64,000 nucleotides of DNA from a virus. Lineage: Duplodnaviria > Heunggongvirae > Uroviricota > Caudoviricetes. Made by a program: the position numbers and the translations under genes. The notes under the pieces are model-generated. The model made no database searches, was not told where the DNA came from, and saw nothing but the letters and a program-made list of their open reading frames with translations. The DNA is taken from positions 1-64,000 of the IMG/VR virus record IMGVR_UViG_3300009979_000063. One strand, given 5' to 3'. Of this stretch, positions 56,264 to 64,000 are shown one piece after another (the stretch's first letter is position 1; each line of letters starts with the position of its first letter).

Positions 56264-56701
56264 GCGAAATGCTCAGGGGCTGGTGCAATCCCAAGATACG
56301 AAACTATAACCTTTGCAACCTTGCGGCTGCCTGCACGGCTGGCTCTTGGTCATATTTAAGGCTGTATACCCGACCGCGATGTTTCTGCCACCGCACCTAA
56401 TCATTGTAGCATAAAGTTTGCTACTTGTCGCTGATATGCGTGCCTATGATGCTAGCAGACGCAGAGAAAAACATCAACAGTCAGTGATGATGTGTCAAGG
56501 GTGCCGCACGGATAGTCTTCATTCATGCACTTCGTCATCACCGAACTCAATCACTGGTACAAGCTTTGCGCTCACCTTGGATTGGAGACTCCTGACGGCA
56601 CCATACCAATCAGCAAGATACGATCGCTTGCCGTCAAGTCAGACACCGAGCTTCCAGGCGAAACGACGTATTGGATCGACATTCGTAACTGGCACTAAAG
56701 C

Positions 56702-56730
56702 AAAGAGCCGGGCACAATGCCCGGCTCTTT
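56702..56730. terminator. 13-bp perfect hairpin immediately after RNR stop
   Basis: AAAGAGCCGGGCA-caa-TGCCCGGCTCTTT. Confidence 0.45.
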
Positions 56731-56731
56731 G

Positions 56732-59473
56732 CTACTTCTCGCTTGTAAGATCGACTACTTCGCACACGCCCGCGCTGCACGACAATTCTTTCCCATTGAC
56801 GATATTAGAGTCGTCCTGTTCGTATAGCGCTAGCATCTGCCAGTGAATGCTAGGAGACTGACGTACAAGTTCGTTGTACTCGTCTTCTGTTATCTCTTGA
56901 TAAGGCGCTTGCTGGTAAACGTGGCCTGCGGAAGGTAGGAAGCTGATTCCTGATACCTCGTCAAAGTGCTCATATACCCAGTCGCCAACATTGTCCCATT
57001 GATCGGCTCTGACGTTGATAGTAATGCTTGGCTTATGTTCGCACCAGTGGCGTTGATATACAAGCCACAAATTGAGGTGTTCAATTTCTGTAATGTCCTC
57101 TCTTGTAATCGCATCATGCGGAGCTGCGATTGGGAAGCTGAATACGTCTGAGACATCCGGCTTCATTAGGTCAGGTTCACATGGTACACCCGAATCCTTT
57201 AGGAACTGCCCCAATGGATCTTTGCGATCAGCTCGAACAGTGCGAATGTAATACTTGCTATGCCAGGGATGAATGCCACTAGACGTACCCGTTAACTGCG
57301 AGCTATTTCCTTCTGGCTTGATACAAGTAATCGCTGCGCTTGCAGGAATACCTATTTCTGCTGCAAGTTCTTGGTTTTGAACCCTGGCGGTATTGCGCAA
57401 TACATCCAACCAATTAGCAGTTTCCTCTAGACCTAGACGGCCGTTGAGCGCAGCATGTCCAAAGATTCCACTAAGACTCACACCAAGCAAGCGTTCTTCT
57501 TCCGTATTTTCCTTCCACTTGTTGTTTATATAGCCGAAGTTCGTGATGCAGGACTGCCACGTGCCGATAATCGTCGCTAGCTCAACCTTTGCTTGCAGTT
57601 CTTGTAAAGTTTCGTCACCCTTAACAGGAACACTAGTCAAGTTGCAGAACTGATAAGGACGCAGCAGAATTTCACCACAGTTTCCGGTTAAGCTATGGGC
57701 TATTTGGAAACAATGCTTTTCATCGAAAACTGTTACATCCCAAACCGGCGCATGTCTGTCGGCTTCTAGAACTTTCATTACTTCTAGACCATCGGTAGAA
57801 TCTAGCTTTGTTACTATCACATAATGCTCGCTGACCCATCTTTTCGCAGTCTGCACGCCAAAGAACCCTAGTAGTTCACAAACATCTTTCGCTAGCTGCT
57901 CATGCAAGTCTATCGACTCGTTTCCATCAAACAGATTATCTAAGATTCCGTGGCGGAAATCGTCACTAAAGTCTTTTTCCCATACAGCATATGGCAAACG
58001 GTTCTCTCGACAACCGAATTCTTTGATTTCTGACTCAGCCAAATCAGCAAGTCCCAAAATATAGTTTGCAACTTCTTGCCCCTTTCGATAATTCTGTTTC
58101 CATCCTTCATATAGCTTGTCATATTTGTTGATAACAATTTTATCGCCGGGCTTAAGCTCATCTGTTCGCTTTGTCTCCCCTGACGTCAAAGGCCATTTGT
58201 GTTCTTTGGTACCTTCGTAGTAGTGTCCGCCTGCTAATTGAATCCGATAGATTGGTGCACTTTCAGATGAAAGCCAGCATGCAGCAAGCGATACGCTACC
58301 GTCATAATTGCGAACGTAAAAATCACGATCCTGTAGCTCTTGGATCTCCATAATTCCTTGCGTTGTATAAACGCGCGTACCGGCAACTAGCGACGGATTA
58401 GTTCCGTAATCGATTTCGTAACTGCGGCGGCCGTACTTCGCTGCGATCTTCTTACTTGCTTCTCTATTGAAAATTCCACGCTCACCGGACCCGGAACGAA
58501 CAAGTATGTCCCATTCTCTGTCAAAGTCTTCTCGACTCGGAGTAGTGTCATAGACCGCGCTGTTATTTGCCATAGATCGTTCTGCGTTGGTTTCCCAGAA
58601 AGTTCCCATTTTGGATTCAGCCATTTCTTGATCCGATAGGTCACTGAGAGAGATAAGTGCTGAACGTCTAACGCTGCCCGCAATTACAACTTCTCCAATC
58701 TTGCACATTATGTCATGTGCTTCTACTGGCTTTAGCTTACGCCCTTGTGCTCGCTTGAAAGTAGCGATAACGAAGTCAAATAGTCTCTGCAAAGGTCCTG
58801 GCCCGCTCGCGCGGCCGCCGAATGTCTTTAGTCGAACGCCGGCCGGTCTTACTTGACTAAAATCGAAACAAGGGATATGGCCGATGTATAGATACTGCAC
58901 TAGTTCACGCAGACTAGCTGCCCATCCTTCACGACTGTCCGGAACTACTATCTTGATAGCGAGACTTGCGTCTAGTTTCGGTACAACGGGAAGCTTGTTT
59001 ACGTACTGTGACTCAACACTAAAACCAACGCCAGTGCCGCACATAAGAATAAACATTGCTTCATCCCATGCGACAATACTGTCAACAGGGATGAAGCTAC
59101 AATTGTAAGCTGCTACGTTTGTGCTTTGCATAGCTGGTCCTGCTGTCATCAACGCTCGCATTGACGGCAGAACGTCCATATTAATTATGCCCGCCCGTAC
59201 TTTATCGTACTGCTCTTGGGGAATTTCATAGTTGTTGTTTTCTTTGAGATAGTCACGCATATATTGCATGTATCTATCAATTGTTTCGACCCACGTCTCG
59301 CGTCTGCCTTCGGATTCGTTCCAACGGGCATATCTCGAAATGTGGATAAAGTTTTGATACGCATTAGTGATGTAGCCTGAATCACTCACTAACTTGGTCA
59401 TACGTACATTTTCCTCCACATCAAATCTATATATTTGTAGAACTCCTTTTCTGTTAAGTCCCACTTCATGCAA
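56732..59473 (-). CDS. nrdJ: class II (B12-dependent, NrdJ-like) ribonucleotide reductase interrupted by an intein
   Basis: catalytic-loop motif split as ...YGTNP | intein | CGEILL...; flanking RNR sequence. Confidence 0.8.
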   Translation of the reverse strand: MHEVGLNRKGVLQIYRFDVEENVRMTKLVSDSGYITNAYQNFIHISRYARWNESEGRRETWVETIDRYMQYMRDYLKENNNYEIPQEQYDKVRAGIINMDVLPSMRALMTAGPAMQSTNVAAYNCSFIPVDSIVAWDEAMFILMCGTGVGFSVESQYVNKLPVVPKLDASLAIKIVVPDSREGWAASLRELVQYLYIGHIPCFDFSQVRPAGVRLKTFGGRASGPGPLQRLFDFVIATFKRAQGRKLKPVEAHDIMCKIGEVVIAGSVRRSALISLSDLSDQEMAESKMGTFWETNAERSMANNSAVYDTTPSREDFDREWDILVRSGSGERGIFNREASKKIAAKYGRRSYEIDYGTNPSLVAGTRVYTTQGIMEIQELQDRDFYVRNYDGSVSLAACWLSSESAPIYRIQLAGGHYYEGTKEHKWPLTSGETKRTDELKPGDKIVINKYDKLYEGWKQNYRKGQEVANYILGLADLAESEIKEFGCRENRLPYAVWEKDFSDDFRHGILDNLFDGNESIDLHEQLAKDVCELLGFFGVQTAKRWVSEHYVIVTKLDSTDGLEVMKVLEADRHAPVWDVTVFDEKHCFQIAHSLTGNCGEILLRPYQFCNLTSVPVKGDETLQELQAKVELATIIGTWQSCITNFGYINNKWKENTEEERLLGVSLSGIFGHAALNGRLGLEETANWLDVLRNTARVQNQELAAEIGIPASAAITCIKPEGNSSQLTGTSSGIHPWHSKYYIRTVRADRKDPLGQFLKDSGVPCEPDLMKPDVSDVFSFPIAAPHDAITREDITEIEHLNLWLVYQRHWCEHKPSITINVRADQWDNVGDWVYEHFDEVSGISFLPSAGHVYQQAPYQEITEDEYNELVRQSPSIHWQMLALYEQDDSNIVNGKELSCSAGVCEVVDLTSEK
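57680..58393 (-). mobile_element. intein (238 aa, Ser1...Asn238, followed by Cys+1) with degenerate LAGLIDADG endonuclease
   Basis: block A SLVAGTRVYTTQGIMEIQEL; LAGLIDADG-like YILGLADLAES and HGILDNLFDGNESI; block F/G VWDVTVFDEKHCFQIAHSLTGN|C. Confidence 0.6.
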
Positions 59474-59910
59474 TTCGCTACTTTGTGCACAAATTGCACA
59501 TTGCCTCGTATATATCCCTGGCCAGAATCGACGCGGTCAAGGCTTGCGGTTTCACCAATTACTAAGTCTAATCCAGTGTAAACACATTGTCCTTGCTGTC
59601 TTTCCCATAGCTTGTCTAAATACGTCAGCGTTATATCAAAGCTAATATTTCTGCGCCGCGCGTTGCGCTGAACATTAGTGAAAAACTCTCTTGAAATATA
59701 AAGGCCGCCTTTCCATGAAGGAGATAGGCAGCCTTTGGTTCGCTGTCTGTTGTAGCAATCCGAACAGCCATACTTATTCGTAAGTATGTGTTTCGCCGCT
59801 AATTCGTACTGCGTAAAACAATATTTGCATTCAACGATATAAATTACGTTCTTGTTCTTAGCCCCGGCTTTTTGGAGTACGCGCAAGCCTCCGAATTGCT
59901 TGCCGAGCAT
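59398..59910 (-). CDS. free-standing HNH (HNH_3-type) endonuclease with N-terminal zinc finger
   Basis: CKYC...CSDC; ASLDRVDSGQGYIRGNVQFVHKVANCMK. Confidence 0.55.
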   Translation of the reverse strand: MLGKQFGGLRVLQKAGAKNKNVIYIVECKYCFTQYELAAKHILTNKYGCSDCYNRQRTKGCLSPSWKGGLYISREFFTNVQRNARRRNISFDITLTYLDKLWERQQGQCVYTGLDLVIGETASLDRVDSGQGYIRGNVQFVHKVANCMKWDLTEKEFYKYIDLMWRKMYV

Positions 59911-59922
59911 TTATCTATTGTA

Positions 59923-61029
59923 TCATCCAGAATCGGGCGAAAAAGCAATTCTAGAAAACTTATTTACGATAGGATCAAACGCTGCTCTAGTCAGACTGTC
60001 CCAATCGTATTCCTTGTGCACGTTGAATGCTTGCTTGTGAAAGCGAGTTGCGAGCGAATCATAATTGTTGTACGTATAGCGCATCTTGTCTACGAGATCA
60101 TCTTTATCAGGTTGGCAGACATAGCCAGGGTGCTCTTTAGGCCACGGTGATAATTGATACTTAGAATCGACAGCTAAATCGCCTAGATAGCTGGCATAGT
60201 CTGCCCATTTGGCAGTACAGATGACAGGCATTCCTGTAGCTAGAGCTTGCAACGGGATTAGCCCTAGACCTTCACCTGCACTAGGGTAAACCATTGCGTG
60301 CGAGTCGTGATAAAGCTCTACTAGAACATCGTCGTCTATTAGGTTACGAACAACTTTTACATTGCCTGGCAAATCTACAAGCATTGTATTTCGCCGCTGA
60401 CGAACTGTATTAGTCTCGTTGGCTTTGATGATTAGCTGTACATCTTTGTTGTTGTATCCGAATGCCGCCTTGAAAGCGTCATACGCTAATTGACCACCCT
60501 TGCGTACCGCTGGTTCGCCGTGATGCAAAAACGTAAACGGCTTAAAAGGTTCGCGCTGACGCTTCTTTGGAACGAATACTGGATCTACGCCGTGCTTATA
60601 GACTTTTACTGACTTAACGCCATTTTCTTCGAAGATTTCTTTGCACCATTCGCTCGTAGTCCAGGCTTCTTGGCAATCATTAAGAATATCTGCCCAGTCT
60701 TCTGGTAATAGTGTACTTTCCCACGGTGCATAACCAATGCTGTATTGATCCGGGCGATCAATGAAATCAGCGAAGAATGAAGGTTGACACATATTCAACT
60801 GCACCGGCGATTTTGGTGAGTTAAAAGGTACTTTGTGCCCTAAGCGCTGTAAGCTGGTAACCACATTGAATCCAGCTACGCCGTACCCATTGCGTCTTTG
60901 CAGATTCAGCGCATGAGTATAAAAACTTATTTCCATCGTCAGTAGATCGTAGCATAGTGAAACTGATCTGCGAAAGACCCAAAAGTTACTTGACAGCAAC
61001 GTCTGACTACTATAGTCTTGTCGTATCAA
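59923..61029 (-). CDS. GT-B fold glycosyltransferase (GT4/GT1 family); probable start ATG at 60936
   Basis: EGLGLIPLQALATGMPVICT C-terminal donor-binding motif; the N-terminal extension overlaps a plus-strand promoter-like element. Confidence 0.7.
   Translation of the reverse strand: MIRQDYSSQTLLSSNFWVFRRSVSLCYDLLTMEISFYTHALNLQRRNGYGVAGFNVVTSLQRLGHKVPFNSPKSPVQLNMCQPSFFADFIDRPDQYSIGYAPWESTLLPEDWADILNDCQEAWTTSEWCKEIFEENGVKSVKVYKHGVDPVFVPKKRQREPFKPFTFLHHGEPAVRKGGQLAYDAFKAAFGYNNKDVQLIIKANETNTVRQRRNTMLVDLPGNVKVVRNLIDDDVLVELYHDSHAMVYPSAGEGLGLIPLQALATGMPVICTAKWADYASYLGDLAVDSKYQLSPWPKEHPGYVCQPDKDDLVDKMRYTYNNYDSLATRFHKQAFNVHKEYDWDSLTRAAFDPIVNKFSRIAFSPDSG
60990..61016 (+). promoter_or_regulatory. sigma70-like promoter TTGACA-15nt-TATAGT directed into the 1.2-kb noncoding region
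   Basis: perfect -35, 5/6 -10, 15-nt spacer. Confidence 0.3.
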
Positions 61030-61522
61030 GCGCTAACTAGCTCATGCTAGCGGGGTCCGCCCGTGCGCACAGTCAACGTAGACTCAACAGCGGCAATGTC
61101 TAACGGGCAAGTAGACCTAAGTATGTGCCCCGTATGCTACACGAGACAGCATCCACCTAACTGGGTTAGTCAACGCTTACATTTAGAAGTAAGCCTGCAT
61201 CGCAGAGCCAAGGCAGCTAACCGCTAGAAAACCTTTGGGGGCGAGAGGGTTAGGTGTCGGTCAATCGCCTGACTGTTTAAGACATGAGCACCTTAGACAT
61301 TTTTAGTCGCTCTCCCCCGCTCCGGTTAGGTTAATAGCTAACCCGTGTGTGTTCTGTGAAGCGTGCCTACAAAGTCTCGACAGCGAAAGAGATACAGCAA
61401 TCTAGTAGATATACTAAAGAAACGTGAGTTTCTGTTCTATGTGTATATCTTTCTAGGCTGTAGGGGGGATTAAACATATTCAAATTAATCAATAAACAAG
61501 CTAGCTAGTAAGTGTAACCAAT

Positions 61523-61702
61523 ATGAGTAAAATAAATCATGAGAAATTGAATAGAAAGTATTCCGTATTTAAGCACAAGTCTGTCACGAAAGTAATCGGC
61601 AGCAAACGTAGAACGGAAAAACGAGCATGGAAAAAAAGAGAAAAAAGAAGCTTGCGGACTCTGCGGACATGCGATAGTCTTAGATCAATGCGGTTCAGCT
61701 AG
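61523..61702 (+). CDS. possible 59-aa highly basic small protein (Lys/Arg-rich)
   Basis: only open frame inside the 1.2-kb noncoding region; no clear ribosome-binding site; AT-rich codons atypical of the genome. Confidence 0.2.
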   Translation: MSKINHEKLNRKYSVFKHKSVTKVIGSKRRTEKRAWKKREKRSLRTLRTCDSLRSMRFS

Positions 61703-62236
61703 TGCAGACGGAGTCAAACTCTGTCACACTGATAGTCATAGTTGCTATCATTTGTGGACTGTTTATCAAGCCCGGCCGGAAATGGCAGCTTTGCCTGAAT
61801 GCTGGCTGACTACTGTTCCTTGCGGTTTTGCTAGTTGCCAACGGCACTACGGAACTTGCCGAGAATAGAAAGAAGCCCCCTAGGTTTCCCTGTCCTGTGG
61901 AGTAACCTCAACACGCAGACGGTACTAACTAAGGGGCTCTCTCTACAACGCAGAGAATCTGAGAGGCTAGATTATACCTCTCATGACAAACCTCTTGGTA
62001 GCTAAAACGCTCCCACCTATGTCCGGACTCTCTTGGTTCCTAAGATGCCTTGTAGCCAATACCCAGCGTAAGGTATATAGGTGACTACTTGACCTACGGG
62101 GTAGCTAAGGTCCCGTGGCAGACAACCTAGGTGACTTTGACGTTGTGCCGACAGTCTAACTCTTAGCTAGCACCGCGCGCAAGCTTCGGCATGTGAGCTA
62201 CGCCCTGTCCCCGTTCGGGTGCTTACCGCTTACGTC

Positions 62237-62265
62237 TTGTGCTCATGTTAAATCTGAGGTAAAAT
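62237..62265 (+). promoter_or_regulatory. promoter TTGTGC-17nt-TAAAAT about 9 nt upstream of GTG 62275 (near-leaderless)
   Basis: spacing and -10 match; start of the rightward operon. Confidence 0.3.
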
Positions 62266-62274
62266 AATCGAACA

Positions 62275-62517
62275 GTGAAGCATATAGTTCTAGTCCAATA
62301 CCAGTATTTAGCTAACCTAGGCTATCTAGAGCCTTTACGCTGTCCGCAGAAAGACCATCTTCCACTTTTAGTAGATCACACAGAGTTAGAGCTTTACATG
62401 AAATGCTTACAGTGTAACTATCGTATTAAAATTGGCCTTCGTGATTATCAAATCTTCGAATCCCGGGTCAAATATATTGAAAATAACTTGCAAATGCTGC
62501 AAGAAGACAGGCTATGA
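62275..62517 (+). CDS. small Cys-containing protein (80 aa)
   Basis: GTG-start ORF with C..C...CLQC; overlaps the ThyX start. Confidence 0.4.
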   Translation: MKHIVLVQYQYLANLGYLEPLRCPQKDHLPLLVDHTELELYMKCLQCNYRIKIGLRDYQIFESRVKYIENNLQMLQEDRL

Positions 62518-63206
62518 CCAAAATAGATATACTAGACCACGGCTACGTCAAATACGTAGATCACTTAGGCAGCGATTTAAGCTTTACTAAAGCTGCGAGA
62601 GCCAGTTTCGCCAAAGATAGCGAAGTTTGGAACGAAAAAGAAGCTAAGCTGCTGAACTTCTTAGTTCGTAATGAACACTTTAGCGTCTTTCGGCATGCAG
62701 CTGTTACTTTGCAGCTTAAAGTTCCTTTAATGATTGCCAGACAGCATTGGAAGTATGCTGTAGCATCTAGTCATATAGACGATCAGACTGGTTGGAATGA
62801 ATCTAGTCGTAGATATGTAACTATGGAGCCTGAATTCTATATACCGGCCGCCAATGAGTGGCGGACGAGCCCAGAGAACAAAAAGCAAGGTAGCGGGCAG
62901 CCTTTGCCTGCCGATGCTGGCGCGTACTGGACCTATTACGCACAAGAATATTTTGCCGATGGCTTAGAGCATTACAATAACGCTATGCGCTCCGGTATTT
63001 GTGCAGAACAAGCCAGACTATTTCTTCCTGCGTACGCAATGTATGTTTCATATCAGTGGACTGCATCTATTGCATCCGTCATGCACTTTTTGCGTGAACG
63101 ATTAGAACATGATGCACAGTACGAAATCCAATTAGTAGCACAAGCCGTCAGAGACATTATCGAACCTTTGTTTCCGGCAACATCGGAGGCATTTGGTGTC
63201 GCCTGA
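62514..63206 (+). CDS. thyX: ThyX-family flavin-dependent thymidylate synthase homolog (divergent active-site motif)
   Basis: MTKIDILDHGYVKYVDHLGSDLSFTKAARASF ... PLMIARQHWKYAVAS...WNESSRRY collinear with ThyX, but the RHR motif reads KYA. Confidence 0.75.
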   Translation: MTKIDILDHGYVKYVDHLGSDLSFTKAARASFAKDSEVWNEKEAKLLNFLVRNEHFSVFRHAAVTLQLKVPLMIARQHWKYAVASSHIDDQTGWNESSRRYVTMEPEFYIPAANEWRTSPENKKQGSGQPLPADAGAYWTYYAQEYFADGLEHYNNAMRSGICAEQARLFLPAYAMYVSYQWTASIASVMHFLRERLEHDAQYEIQLVAQAVRDIIEPLFPATSEAFGVA

Positions 63207-63426
63207 TGACGAACGTCTCGAATTACAACGAATCCAAACTCTAGCCGCGATTCGTACTTACGATGCGATAATGCTACTATTACATGACGCGAATCCCGAA
63301 GTTGCTAAACAGCTAGAAGCTTTGCACTCTGAGGGCAAGTATGCGATTGAAAAACCTTGGGAGGTGCAAGATGGCGAAATACAAGCCGAAGTCAACGGTA
63401 ATGACGACGCTAAAGAAGACCATTGA
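63193..63426 (+). CDS. hypothetical protein
   Basis: ORF in the rightward operon. Confidence 0.35.
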   Translation: MVSPDDERLELQRIQTLAAIRTYDAIMLLLHDANPEVAKQLEALHSEGKYAIEKPWEVQDGEIQAEVNGNDDAKEDH

Positions 63427-63679
63427 TAAGCGTTTGACCGACGCCTACGATTTTAATATAGACATTGATGACGCAGCGTTCACTATCTATGGCCGTTACA
63501 GCGTTAACGTCTATCACAAAGGTTTGAATACCGACGTAGTTAACGACTTAGTGACTATTGCAGACGGTCAATCTTTCAACGATAGCGTTGCACAGTGGTA
63601 CAGTAATACTAGATTGAAGCTAATTGGTATTCTTGATAGACAAGAGCTAATTGCTAGCTTTGCAGATAAAGCAGAATAG
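63341..63679 (+). CDS. hypothetical protein
   Basis: ORF; overlapping frame with the neighbour, one of the two may be spurious. Confidence 0.3.
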   Translation: MRLKNLGRCKMAKYKPKSTVMTTLKKTIDKRLTDAYDFNIDIDDAAFTIYGRYSVNVYHKGLNTDVVNDLVTIADGQSFNDSVAQWYSNTRLKLIGILDRQELIASFADKAE

Positions 63680-63929
63680 ACTTATGAGAACATTTTATCT
63701 TAATAGAAAAGTAGACGTTAGTGGAATTTCAGGTACCGGGCGAATTGCGCAGGGTATTGAATTCGACAACGGTAAAGTAGCAATGACTTGGCTGACAGAT
63801 ACGTCAAGCACTACTGTTTATGACAACATTGAAGACGTAGAAGTAATACATGGGCACGCGGGCGCAACAGAAGTTGTCTTTGACAAAGATTGCAGAGATT
63901 ACTTAGCGGACGAATTTGGTGCGGCATGA
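63651..63929 (+). CDS. hypothetical protein
   Basis: ORF. Confidence 0.35.
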   Translation: MLALQIKQNRLMRTFYLNRKVDVSGISGTGRIAQGIEFDNGKVAMTWLTDTSSTTVYDNIEDVEVIHGHAGATEVVFDKDCRDYLADEFGAA

Positions 63930-64000
63930 GCGCTAAGCTAACACTTGAATACGAATTAGAACGGTTCTACGACCTTTATATAGTTCCAGTTCTTTACAAG

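Noticed and set aside
61246-61318. GGGGGCGAGAGGG ... CGCTCTCCCCCGC as a long-range stem
   Set aside because: Only 10 of 13 positions pair and the loop is about 70 nt. It is kept only as a motif note inside the noncoding-region finding, not called as a structured element.
1-64000. Search for integrase, CRISPR arrays, reverse transcriptase / diversity-generating retroelement, toxin-antitoxin pairs
   Set aside because: No ORF shows tyrosine or serine recombinase motifs. There are no direct-repeat/spacer arrays. There is no YxDD reverse-transcriptase motif or template/variable repeat pair near the fiber genes. The tRNA-like 3-prime fragment alone is insufficient to call an attP.

Overview
This window reads as a 64-kb stretch of a tailed dsDNA phage genome with a long tape-measure protein, so most likely a siphovirus. 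Almost all genes lie on the minus strand, transcribed leftward from a ~1.2-kb divergent noncoding region at 61.0-62.3 kb. A short rightward operon starts at 62.3 kb and includes a ThyX homolog.

Reading leftward on the minus strand, the modules are:
- Glycosyltransferase, HNH endonuclease, and an intein-containing class II ribonucleotide reductase (61.0-56.7 kb).
- Four lectin-like structural genes with a triplicated domain (56.3-52.6 kb).
- The head module: portal, prohead protease/scaffold, HK97-like major capsid (52.2-48.2 kb).
- Neck genes, major tail protein, and the G/GT tail chaperones with a -1 frameshift site (47.7-43.4 kb).
- A 2339-aa tape measure protein carrying lytic transglycosylase and M23 peptidase domains (43.3-36.3 kb).
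- Tail tip and tail fiber genes with fibronectin type III repeats (36.2-27.3 kb).
- A cluster of small unknown ORFs plus a metallophosphatase (27.3-23.3 kb).
- A replication module: DnaB, primase, an SSB-like protein, a C5 DNA methyltransferase, DnaE-type Pol III alpha, dUTPase (23.3-15.3 kb).
- A recombination module: RecA, a VRR-NUC nuclease, a Cas4-like nuclease, a RuvC-like resolvase (15.4-12.1 kb).
- A candidate modification module: GT25 glycosyltransferase, SAM methyltransferase, P-loop kinase (11.8-9.8 kb).
- Small and large terminase subunits plus an HNH endonuclease (9.5-6.7 kb).
- A lysis and envelope region: endolysin, HNH endonuclease, one tRNA, and an array of degenerate tRNA-like repeats (4.6-2.9 kb).
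- An unusual envelope trio: a secreted protein, a sortase-like lipoprotein and an SPFH membrane protein (2.9-0.9 kb).

I found no integrase, CRISPR array or reverse transcriptase. A few features are weakly consistent with a Gram-positive host, possibly an actinobacterium; this is a low-confidence inference. They are the sortase fold, the AAGGAGG ribosome-binding site, extended -10 near-leaderless promoters, and the transglycosylase-plus-M23 tape measure.

The candidates I consider most novel are:
- the phage-borne sortase/SPFH/secreted-protein trio
- the kinase-methyltransferase-glycosyltransferase cluster, together with a second glycosyltransferase and a divergent ThyX as possible DNA or nucleotide modification genes
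- the degenerate tRNA-like tandem array
- the lectin-like paralog cassette upstream of the portal
- the 1.2-kb noncoding control region
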